Below are positions 17,259 to 25,798 of a stretch of 64,000 nt of DNA, piece after piece. Under the pieces are notes generated by a model. That model worked only from the letters and a program-made list of their open reading frames with translations, had not been told where the DNA came from and did no database searches. Numbering within the stretch: the first letter of the stretch is position 1; every line of letters starts with the position of its first letter. The position numbers and the translations under genes are program-made. The stretch comes from Bryobacteraceae bacterium (GTDB taxonomy: Bacteria > Acidobacteriota > Terriglobia > Bryobacterales > Bryobacteraceae): assembly GCA_050012095.1 (NCBI GenBank), contig JBEKHV010000009.1, positions 13,134 through 77,133 on the forward strand, given 5' to 3'.

Positions 17259-18350
17259 CTAACCGCCGGCGAAGGCTCCTTGCGCCTTCTCTCTCTTCAC
17301 AACCTCGCCCTCTCCGCGTCGGCGGTTCAGATCCGCCCGATGGCGGCCCTCTGGAGTCCGGAGCAGATCCAGATTTCTGTATGAGTCGCAGCCGGCGCAC
17401 GTGGAGTTCAGCCCCCCCGGCGTCGAGAACTGACTCCTAAGATCTCGAAGCAGTTGTCCGGTATAGATATCCAGCAAGGACTCGCTCTTGATGTCGCCGA
17501 TCAACAGATCCTTCACCGCGTCCATAGCGCCCAGGCACGAACATCCCAAAACCACGCCGTCGACCAGAACCATCGGCCCGTGGTAGAGGTTTACGCACGG
17601 CTCGCTACGCGAGGCCACGTGGCGCAGCTTCATGTTGGCGGGCAGGATATCGCGGGTGATGCGGCCATTCGACGATGAGTAAGACCACGTGAAGTCGATA
17701 GTCGGCTGGAAACGAAGGATCGGCTGAAAATCCGGGTCCTTGCAGACGATGGAGAGATCCCGGTCGGTCCGCAGGCAGAGGCAGAGGTTGACAGGCCGCC
17801 CCATCTCCTCATTCAACTCATAAAGCTGCTGGACATTGCGGCGCATCCGCTGGTAGGAGTTCGATCTGTAAATCCGCTTATAGCTTTCTTCGTCGAATCC
17901 CGAAGTGCTGATGTTGATCGAGGAAACACCCGATTCCAAGATCGCCCGGATTCCGAATCGATCGAGGAGAATCGCGTTCGTAGTCAGGAAGATGCGATCG
18001 ATCCGTGGCGCTGAGCGGAGGTAGCGTACTCGCTCCAGGAGCTTCGGGTCGATCAAGGGGTCGCCGACAATCGGCGTCAGACCCACTGAACCGCCGCCGA
18101 TCTCAAGGAAATCGGAAACCGACTTAAGAAATACCGGATCCGACATGAATTCGGTTGGTCGCTCTTGGAACTGGTACGGACAGAAGACGCAGTTGGCATT
18201 GCACAGGTTCGTCAACTCCAGATGCAACTCGAACGGCCGTTTCGTGATTTGCGCCAGCACGTCGTCCAGGTTGTAGAAAACCCGCCCATACAAGGAAGTC
18301 GATTTGCGCACGAGCACGCGCCGCACTTTGTCGAGGAAAACAGTATTCAT
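17259..18350 (-). CDS. Radical SAM protein with a Cys-rich SPASM-like C-terminal region
   Basis: CNANCVFCPY is a CxxxCxxC motif near the N-terminus. C-terminal cysteines include VLGCSCLG and NSTCAGCDSY. The start is probably MNTVFLDK at 18350. Confidence 0.75.
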   Translation of the reverse strand: MNTVFLDKVRRVLVRKSTSLYGRVFYNLDDVLAQITKRPFELHLELTNLCNANCVFCPYQFQERPTEFMSDPVFLKSVSDFLEIGGGSVGLTPIVGDPLIDPKLLERVRYLRSAPRIDRIFLTTNAILLDRFGIRAILESGVSSINISTSGFDEESYKRIYRSNSYQRMRRNVQQLYELNEEMGRPVNLCLCLRTDRDLSIVCKDPDFQPILRFQPTIDFTWSYSSSNGRITRDILPANMKLRHVASRSEPCVNLYHGPMVLVDGVVLGCSCLGAMDAVKDLLIGDIKSESLLDIYTGQLLRDLRSQFSTPGGLNSTCAGCDSYRNLDLLRTPEGRHRADLNRRRGEGEVVKREKAQGAFAGG

Positions 18351-18432
18351 TGCAAAGAGAAGGCTTGCCTGATAACGGATGTGCGCCACGTTTTGGAGCT
18401 GGGCGCCGCCTCTGACCCCAGCCAAGCTATCA

Positions 18433-19710
18433 TCATCCACGCGCCTTTGTCAACAACTCCTGGTATATCCGAGCCACAGCGCTCGCGTATTGCTCCGCGC
18501 CAAACCGCTCCCGAACCCACGTCTGAGCGCGCGCCACCATCGCGTCACGCTTCTCAGGCGAGCCGTTCAGTTCCTGGATCGCCGCCCCGAGGCGGTCAAG
18601 CAGCGGTTCCGGGGCGCGCGCCGCCAGGTCTTCCGGTGCAGGCCGGTCGAACAGTACGGCTGTCTCCGAAGTGACCAGCGGATACGGCTCCTCGCGATAA
18701 CCTCCGTCACCCGCGAGACCGACGATCGGTACCCCTGCCGCCATCGCCTCGGCCAGGAGCAGGCCGAACGGCTCGGTCCTGCTCAGGAAAAGAAGATTGT
18801 CGATGGCAGAGTAAGCCAGCCGGGCGTCGTCAAGGAGGCCCAGCATATGAACTCTGTGACCCAAGCGCTTCGCGGCCGCCAGACTGACGATGCTTGGCTT
18901 CTCGGGGCCCTCTCCCGCAATCGCCAGGTGGTAGCAATCGGGAAGACGCTCCAGCAAACGGACCGCGTCGTCGCAACCTTTGGCGGGGACCAGGCGGCAC
19001 ACCATGCCGAGTATGACTTTGTCCCGCGGCAGCCCCAGCCGCGCTCGCGCGTCAGTAGTATCGAATCGGTTGGCCCAATGGTCGCAGTCCACCGCATTGT
19101 AGACCGTCCGCGCCTGGTTCCGAGTCCCCCAGTGGGCCGCCAGTAGTTTGGACTCCATGCTTCGGCTCACGCAGATGTACCCGCTCATGAGATGGCGCAA
19201 TGCGCGCCAAATGCACTTGTCGCGAAACCGGGCCGTGGAAGGCTCCATCGGGCCATGCACGTGGAGTACTTTCGGGCATGTGGCATCCCACAGAGCCAGG
19301 TTCATCCAGACAACGGGATTGACAAAATGAAGGACGTCGGGGCGCAGGGCGCCGATTAGCGATCGCGCGCGCAGCCAGGCCTTAATGTCCGCCGGGCCAT
19401 GAGCGCGAACGAAGTGGCATGTGGCGTCTGTCCTACTTGTAACCGGACCTGGCCCCCCGTAAGCGAAAACGAAATGAGGCTCCACATCGGCGCGCGTCAG
19501 GTTATGCCCCAGCAGTTCACCGACACGCAACGACCCGCCCACGCTCGCGGAGTCTACGTAGTGGATCAACGCCACGCGAATCGGGCGCCGGAGGTCCGCG
19601 CCGGCGGGGCGCTTCGCAGTAGTTTCATGTGCGCTGGTCACTGTGGTCACTGGGCTGCCTACGCGAGCATCGGGGCGGCGCTGGCGCCATGCGCCAGCAT
19701 CTCCTCGCAC
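18433..19710 (-). CDS. Glycosyltransferase family 4
   Basis: IRVALIHYVDSASVGG ... LFLSRTEPFGLLLAEAMAAGVPIVG. The true start is uncertain. A GTG at 19650 would remove the 52-nt overlap with the upstream gene. Confidence 0.75.
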   Translation of the reverse strand: MRGDAGAWRQRRPDARVGSPVTTVTSAHETTAKRPAGADLRRPIRVALIHYVDSASVGGSLRVGELLGHNLTRADVEPHFVFAYGGPGPVTSRTDATCHFVRAHGPADIKAWLRARSLIGALRPDVLHFVNPVVWMNLALWDATCPKVLHVHGPMEPSTARFRDKCIWRALRHLMSGYICVSRSMESKLLAAHWGTRNQARTVYNAVDCDHWANRFDTTDARARLGLPRDKVILGMVCRLVPAKGCDDAVRLLERLPDCYHLAIAGEGPEKPSIVSLAAAKRLGHRVHMLGLLDDARLAYSAIDNLLFLSRTEPFGLLLAEAMAAGVPIVGLAGDGGYREEPYPLVTSETAVLFDRPAPEDLAARAPEPLLDRLGAAIQELNGSPEKRDAMVARAQTWVRERFGAEQYASAVARIYQELLTKARG

Positions 19711-20837
19711 AGGCGCTGTGCGCGCGCCTCCCAGGTTTCACGGCGGCTTTGTTGCCAGCGCGCCTCCTCAAACCCGTCTCGGAACTGCTGTCCCCGCAAT
19801 TGCTGAAGCGCGTCAATCCAGCCGGCGGGGGACGTCAGGATCTTCAGCAGAGGTTCCTTGTGGAGAAATTCCTCAACCCCACCCGTCGCCAGCATCGGCC
19901 TGCACGCGGCCAGGTGCTCGTAAAAGCGCGTGGAGCTGCCGGAGTATGTCGGCTCTCGTTTCAGGTAAGGCAACACGGCGACATCCAGACTACAAGCGTA
20001 TGCCCTCAACTCGCCGTAGGGCTTGGAGCCGACGAATCGAACGCGCCCATCGCCAGCCAGCAATCCCGCGCGGGCCTTGCTCTGCGCCGAGTCGCTGATA
20101 CGCACGGAGGTCGGTCCCACAAACAACCAGGAGAGCCAGGGCGTGGCAGTTACGACCTGCTCCAGCATCACCCAATCGACATTCACTCCCATGTTCCCGA
20201 TGACTCCGGCCACTGGCCGCGGCAACGTCTTACAGTCGTCCGGAAGCTCACACGGCGCCACAGCCGGAACTGGCAGCACGCTGGACTGGCGCACGGCGTT
20301 GGGGAGAACCAGAATCTTCCGCGCGTCGCACGCGCAGTCTCTCACCAGATGATCTGCAATCCTTTGAGAATTCGGGCAAATCAGGGAAGCTCGCCGGCAG
20401 AGCGCCACCTCGCTCTCATTGACATTTCGAAAGCTCCGGCCTTCGTAGCTGGCGAACAGGTCGGTCGCGTAGTACGCTACCGGGCCCGGCCACAACGCCG
20501 CCACCTTCGAGTACTGGGGGTAGCAGCACACCAGCCAGGTTGCGCTGGGGTCCCGGACGCCCGATTGGACCCACGTTGCGATGCGGCGGTGTTCCTTCAG
20601 TATGTACCGGAGCGGGGACGAAAAATACCCGCGCTGTACGGGAAACTCGACGACCTCAAGCGGCGGATCGAAAATCGTCGCTTTCCGCAGCCGCTTGGAA
20701 AGTCTGCCGAAGTTCCGCGGCATCGCCGAATATGCGGCGACTTCCATCCGGCGCCCCAGAGCCGCCGCAAACTCCACCAACCAAGGGGAGCGGGAATCGA
20801 AGAGGATGCGCGCCGACGGTCTACGCTGCCCTGCCAT
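19659..20837 (-). CDS. Glycosyltransferase (GT1/GT4-like, TuaH-like)
   Basis: Rossmann-like C-terminal half: VRFVGSKPYGELRAYACSLDVAVLPY ... SSTRFYEHLAACRPMLAT. The gene sits in the middle of a run of GT genes. Confidence 0.55.
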   Translation of the reverse strand: MAGQRRPSARILFDSRSPWLVEFAAALGRRMEVAAYSAMPRNFGRLSKRLRKATIFDPPLEVVEFPVQRGYFSSPLRYILKEHRRIATWVQSGVRDPSATWLVCCYPQYSKVAALWPGPVAYYATDLFASYEGRSFRNVNESEVALCRRASLICPNSQRIADHLVRDCACDARKILVLPNAVRQSSVLPVPAVAPCELPDDCKTLPRPVAGVIGNMGVNVDWVMLEQVVTATPWLSWLFVGPTSVRISDSAQSKARAGLLAGDGRVRFVGSKPYGELRAYACSLDVAVLPYLKREPTYSGSSTRFYEHLAACRPMLATGGVEEFLHKEPLLKILTSPAGWIDALQQLRGQQFRDGFEEARWQQSRRETWEARAQRLCEEMLAHGASAAPMLA

Positions 20838-20879
20838 CGCTCGCTCCCGAAAATGAAACGACGGAATCGGATTGTCCGG

Positions 20880-22172
20880 TCACCTAAAGGCCCCCTCCAG
20901 CGCTACAGGCCCCTCAACTCCAAGCAACCCGGCCGCGGGTTTCTTGGCCCAGTACAGGCCGGACAGCAGAAACACAGCGATGTGCGGCCACGGAACAAAA
21001 AAGAATGAGGTGCCGTGGCTAATCACGAGCCCGCAATTGACCAGCATTAAAGAGTAGACGACTTGGGCAATCAGGTCGTCACCGCAGGCTCGGTTATAAA
21101 TGCGGCCCATCGCCCACCCAATAAAAGCAAATACCAGACAGCCCAAATACCCGAACGACGCAAAAGCATTGGCGAAGCCTGTCCATGTCGTACCACTATC
21201 GCCGACATACCCCAGCGTCTCGTACTCCACGTCCGGCAAGGAAAACATCAAGGACTGTTTGAACTCCTGCCCCACGATCTGCCGCGGGACATAGTTGAAC
21301 ACCATGTCATTCCATAGCGCCAGCCCGAAGTCGTATCTCCCGCTTTGACCGAAGGCATCGACCCGTGTCACGGCATTCGTAAGTTCCGGCCCCCCATAGT
21401 CCAGGATCGCCACAAAATTTCCAATGAAAGGTATTTGCCCCGCCCCTTCCCACGTGTCTCCCTTCTTCGCGGCGCTCGCCGCCATGCGATAATCGGCTGT
21501 GCTGTGCATAAACAGCAGCATTCCCACGATGGCCGCCGCCGATAAGATGCGGGGCAAGTTCTTCCGCTTGACGAACCAGAGTGTGGACGCCGGTATCAAA
21601 ACAAATTCAGCGGCGGGCTGTCTGCGCCCGCTGACGACGATCACGGAGAAGTATACGAAGCTGGTAACCGCAATAACCGCCAATGCTGTCTTCGTCCTAT
21701 ATCTCAGCCACATGTTGACCGAAAGAGCGTACCCGTATGTGAGGGCCATGGCGAAGAACAGGTAAGCCACCGGCAGGCCGCTCCATCCTCCGCTGGTCAT
21801 TTCCTCCGGGAGGCCGCGAATCATCCAGTTACCCCAGCACCCCACCGCCGCCAACGCCGCGGCCCAATAGACCAGTCTCATGTTATAGAACGACGGATAT
21901 GTGGCGTCGGCTCGGGCATTTGCGCGGCCCCTTTGCCACCCGAATCGCAGCATGACGATGCACAAGAACGTCATCACGAGCGTGCTGCGCAGAGCGGCAT
22001 CCGAGACCGGGTGAACTGGATTGCGATAAAGCCCGATCAACTGCGGAACCGCAAACGTCGCTGTGACCACAGCGGCGAAAAACGGCAGCTCATAAGGCCG
22101 GTTGCGCCGCAGTCCGTCGGCCAGAATCAGCAGACACGCAATAGCGAGAATCCCAAGCAAGAGACCTGTCAT
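20880..22172 (-). CDS. Polytopic membrane protein, O-antigen/EPS polymerase (Wzy)-like
   Basis: About 10 hydrophobic segments and no soluble domain. It lies inside a Wzx/Wzy-type locus. Confidence 0.55.
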   Translation of the reverse strand: MTGLLLGILAIACLLILADGLRRNRPYELPFFAAVVTATFAVPQLIGLYRNPVHPVSDAALRSTLVMTFLCIVMLRFGWQRGRANARADATYPSFYNMRLVYWAAALAAVGCWGNWMIRGLPEEMTSGGWSGLPVAYLFFAMALTYGYALSVNMWLRYRTKTALAVIAVTSFVYFSVIVVSGRRQPAAEFVLIPASTLWFVKRKNLPRILSAAAIVGMLLFMHSTADYRMAASAAKKGDTWEGAGQIPFIGNFVAILDYGGPELTNAVTRVDAFGQSGRYDFGLALWNDMVFNYVPRQIVGQEFKQSLMFSLPDVEYETLGYVGDSGTTWTGFANAFASFGYLGCLVFAFIGWAMGRIYNRACGDDLIAQVVYSLMLVNCGLVISHGTSFFFVPWPHIAVFLLSGLYWAKKPAAGLLGVEGPVALEGAFR

Positions 22173-22298
22173 GCGCGATTTCTCCGAGTCCGGGCTAAGC
22201 GGAGTCCTGGTTCAGCGCGGAAATGTAGATACATCCGAGTGGCGAGGGGTAACAAGGCGAGAGACAGTAAAATTGCCATCGCACTATGGGCGCGCCGT

Positions 22299-22451
22299 CT
22301 AGTGTAGTGCGGCGCAAATATCGTCGGCTATCGGCACAGGCTGCAAAGCGGGGACTGGCTCGAATTTCGCCGCCTTTGCGAAACTTCGTGCCTGTACCCG
22401 GTTTGCCCTTAGCAGATCATACTCCTTGCAATTTGCGCCGCACTACACTAG
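22299..22451. repeat. 21-bp perfect inverted repeat pair with a 111-bp spacer
   Basis: CTAGTGTAGTGCGGCGCAAAT at 22299..22319 is the exact reverse complement of ATTTGCGCCGCACTACACTAG at 22431..22451. The right arm contains the stop codon of 22448..23563. Confidence 0.8.
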
Positions 22452-23563
22452 TTGCCGCGCAAAACGCCGGACGAACAATGGGGAAGGAGCAGCCGGCAGT
22501 AACTGTCCAGAGTATCGGAGTAGGAGAAGCGCCTTGCGTACCCGTCCCGGATAGAGGCATAGTCGATCTGGTTGCCCTCGGCCGCTTCGACCAGGGATGT
22601 GAGCGCGGCGGTGTACTGCTCAAAAGCAGTGGGCGGCGCCATTGTCCCAAACAAGGCGTCGCGCAGGATGTCCGGAAACGCGCCAGCCGGGGTAGCAAGT
22701 ATGGGGCGTCCGCGCGCCAGGATTTCCAGAGCGGCGAGACACTGACCCTCGCTTGTGGACGCAAAAGCGAAGAAATGGCACGAGTCGATGGCCGCAATGA
22801 TTCGATTATGGGGGATGTTGCCGTGAAAGAAAGCTATTTTATCGAGGCCTAATTGCTTGGCTAGCAGCCGTGCCGGCTTGGCTTCGCTGCCGTCGCCGAA
22901 GAAATGCAACTCGAAGTCGAAGGAAGCCAATAGCTGGCCGGAAGCGCGCAAGAGGCAGGAAAGGTTTTTCTGTGCGGCAAGCCTCCCTAGAAAGCCGATC
23001 CGGACGCGGCCTGGGGGAGGAGGGTTTATATTCACAGCCGGTTCGGGCGGCAGGTACGGCAGCACGGTAATCTCGCCCCCGTAACCGAACCGGCGCAGGT
23101 CGGCCGCAAAGGACGGGGCTTGCACGATAACAGCTTCGAAACAAGCCAGATACTCCGGACCCGGCCCGCGGGATCCCCACATCTCCGCTGGGCGGTACGG
23201 CGTGATGAGAACGCAACGCGGCTTCGGGCGAATGGCGGCGATCCCTTGTTGGATGGACCAAGGCATTGGCTTGCCAAAAACGACGGTCCGCGCGTTCCGG
23301 ATCGGTTCACGGCTCCGCAGGAACAGAAGCGAATCCGGGAGACGCCAGCGGCAACCCCAACGCCACGGGGCGCGATAGACGGGGATGCCATCGCGCTCCA
23401 GCGCGGTTACCAGCGGACTCCGTCCACCCCAGCAGATCAGACCGGCGCGCTCCCCACGGCTCGTCAGCCCGCGCAGCAGCGAACAGGCGAATGTCTCTAT
23501 CCCACCGGTGGGGGCAAACCCTCCGGCGTAAAAGACGGTGTCGAGTTGTCCGGCAATCGTCAT
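22448..23563 (-). CDS. Glycosyltransferase family 4
   Basis: FFAFASTSEGQCLAALEILARGRPILATPAG. Confidence 0.8.
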   Translation of the reverse strand: MTIAGQLDTVFYAGGFAPTGGIETFACSLLRGLTSRGERAGLICWGGRSPLVTALERDGIPVYRAPWRWGCRWRLPDSLLFLRSREPIRNARTVVFGKPMPWSIQQGIAAIRPKPRCVLITPYRPAEMWGSRGPGPEYLACFEAVIVQAPSFAADLRRFGYGGEITVLPYLPPEPAVNINPPPPGRVRIGFLGRLAAQKNLSCLLRASGQLLASFDFELHFFGDGSEAKPARLLAKQLGLDKIAFFHGNIPHNRIIAAIDSCHFFAFASTSEGQCLAALEILARGRPILATPAGAFPDILRDALFGTMAPPTAFEQYTAALTSLVEAAEGNQIDYASIRDGYARRFSYSDTLDSYCRLLLPHCSSGVLRGN

Positions 23564-23791
23564 CTAGGCTTCCGGCCGCGTGATTGTGTGCTCTTTGGTG
23601 GAAACCACCCCCTTACAGCCATGGCCCCGTACGGAGCCGCGAGCGTCAGCGAGCGGTAACTAATAACAGCGAATCTAGCAGTCATAGAACGACCGACCCT
23701 CGCATAATAGGGCGCCATGCCGTTGTGGGGCGGGATGGAATCCTGCGCGGCGGTTGGCAACCGCCGCCGCCGCCATATTGCGCGATCTTCG

Positions 23792-24706
23792 TCAGTTGGG
23801 CGGCGCCGCGGCCGCGAGCGTGCGGCGTGCGGCGGGAATCCCCTCCGTATAGAAGAGGTGGCGGACGGGCCCTACGTAGTGCTGGGCCGTAATCGTTTGC
23901 GGCGGCGGCGCCAGCCGTATGGCGTAGCTATCCGGCAGATAGCGGAAGCCGCTCCGCCCGCACTCCAAGGCCCACAGCGTTTGTTCGATATACTGGTTGC
24001 ACCTGTCCAGCGCGACGAGTCCGGAGGCGAGAAAGCGCTCCATATAAGAAAAATCCACCGCCGCGGCGTTGATGTTGGCCAGGCCGCAGCAAATGCGCGG
24101 CGCCAGCGCGAACCCGGAGCGCGCCGCCAGTTCTGGTGAGATGGAATAGACCGACGCCAGATCGCGCGAAAACACATGCTCGGGGGACTCGGGCGATGAC
24201 AGTTCGACCGGATTCCGGGAAAAGAGGACATCGGAATCCAAAACGATAAGTCGCTCCGTTCGGCAAAGCAGCGCGAAATCGATCAATTTCACCAGCTCCG
24301 GAATGCGATCGCGGCAAGCAACCAGGCGGGGAAAAGCGGCGAGGCGGTCGCGAACCAGCGGATCTGCTTCGCGCCTCCGGATGACCCGGCACGCCGGAAA
24401 GTGCTCCTTGATCCGCGCTTCAGCCATCGCACTGAGATTGTCGTATTCGTGAATCACCAAGGGGTCCCGCCGGCCCGAAGTGGCGTAATACGTCGCGGCG
24501 GCCCACAGCGCCAGGACATGGTCGCGCGTGGAGGTGAGAATGTGAACTTCCGCGTCCGGGAAATCCCCTTGGGCAGCGGATCCTTGAACGTACGACGGAT
24601 AGCGGTCCAGGAACCGATTCCGCAGGTACCGCGGACCGTAAAGCAACAGCAGCTTCAGCTCATGCCTCGTCTGGCGAATCCCAGCGGTCTTGTAATCTAG
24701 ATTCAA
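23792..24706 (-). CDS. Hypothetical protein, possibly a nucleotide-diphospho-sugar transferase (DxD: LIVLDSDVLF)
   Basis: Intact 304-aa ORF with good GC3 that is co-linear with the operon. Only the DSD motif suggests a function. Confidence 0.5.
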   Translation of the reverse strand: MNLDYKTAGIRQTRHELKLLLLYGPRYLRNRFLDRYPSYVQGSAAQGDFPDAEVHILTSTRDHVLALWAAATYYATSGRRDPLVIHEYDNLSAMAEARIKEHFPACRVIRRREADPLVRDRLAAFPRLVACRDRIPELVKLIDFALLCRTERLIVLDSDVLFSRNPVELSSPESPEHVFSRDLASVYSISPELAARSGFALAPRICCGLANINAAAVDFSYMERFLASGLVALDRCNQYIEQTLWALECGRSGFRYLPDSYAIRLAPPPQTITAQHYVGPVRHLFYTEGIPAARRTLAAAAPPN

Positions 24707-25569
24707 AGCGCCTTCAGATCCGGCAGATCGGCCAGCCGGTACAGGGCCAGCGACTTATCCGAGTAGCGTCCGCCGTCCCCCCAGTAGTGCTCGTCGATCA
24801 GGCGTAACGGTTCGGGAAAGTTGAAAGGCGCCGCTGTCAGGCTTAGCGGCCTCCACCGGCCCGTCAGAGTATCGTTGTTGTTCCGATCGCTTGTGTAGTG
24901 CGTAACCAACAGGTAGGTCGATCCGCTGGCCTTCAACATGCGGATGGCGCGCGCCGCGTCGGCAAAACTGAGGTGCACCAGGCAGTCCCGGCACAGGATC
25001 AGGTCGGCCGGCGGAAGAGGATCTTTTAGCAGATCCACCTGTTGAAACAAGACGCGTTCGGACCCGTAAAGACGCCTGTTGGTCTGGATCAGCTCTTCCA
25101 CAATATCCCCGCCCGTGTAGAGCAGGTCCGGCGGCAAGTCCACGTCCTTCATCCAGTAGAAATCACCGCAGGGAACGTCAAGCAGGCGCTTCACGGAGCA
25201 TTCCCGGAGCAAGCCCGCGAGTTCGCAGCGCACGGCTTCCGTCGCGCGAAGATTCGACCCCCCGCCAGATCGCGATTCCGGATCGTTCCAGCGGTTGGTT
25301 CGGTAGATTTCCGTGAAGACGTGCAAGGCATTCTCGTCGCGGTAGCGCCACCGCTCTCCAGTCGCATTCAGCCACCTGGCCCCGTCCCGGAGCCGACTGT
25401 AAGCGTGGAGTGCCCCTGCTGGCAAATGACGCTTCACCGATTCACGAAGTCCCACGGCCGGTTCCTTTTTGGATTCCGCTCTGTTGCGGGATCTGAGTTC
25501 GCTAGCAAGTGTTCCCGTGCCAGCCGCCGTTGTCCGATCGGCGCCTGTCATTGTTGAGCTTCTACGCAA
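24703..25569 (-). CDS. Class I SAM-dependent methyltransferase
   Basis: LLDVPCGDFYWM ... ILCRDCLVHL. Confidence 0.7.
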   Translation of the reverse strand: MRRSSTMTGADRTTAAGTGTLASELRSRNRAESKKEPAVGLRESVKRHLPAGALHAYSRLRDGARWLNATGERWRYRDENALHVFTEIYRTNRWNDPESRSGGGSNLRATEAVRCELAGLLRECSVKRLLDVPCGDFYWMKDVDLPPDLLYTGGDIVEELIQTNRRLYGSERVLFQQVDLLKDPLPPADLILCRDCLVHLSFADAARAIRMLKASGSTYLLVTHYTSDRNNNDTLTGRWRPLSLTAAPFNFPEPLRLIDEHYWGDGGRYSDKSLALYRLADLPDLKAL

Positions 25570-25780
25570 ATTGCTCTATCGGTCTGTGGCGCAACGCTGG
25601 TGTGTTCCGGGTCCACGTGCCGAAGGCGCCGTCCGAAGAGGCGTAATGGGTCGCAGCGGGTCCTTGAACGTACGACGGATAGCGGTCCAGGAACCGATTC
25701 CGCAAGTACCGCGGACCGTAAAGCAACAGCAGCTTCAACTCATGCCTTATTCGGCCACCCGCCCGCGCATCGCGCGGCAA
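25562..25780 (-). pseudogene. Duplicated 5' fragment of gene 23792..24706
   Basis: RHELKLLLLYGPRYLRNRFLDRYPSYVQG is encoded by 25653..25748. That segment is about 97% identical to 24573..24668. The frame then diverges and runs into the methyltransferase start. Confidence 0.6.
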
Positions 25781-25798
25781 ACGGAGGCAGTGACGAGG

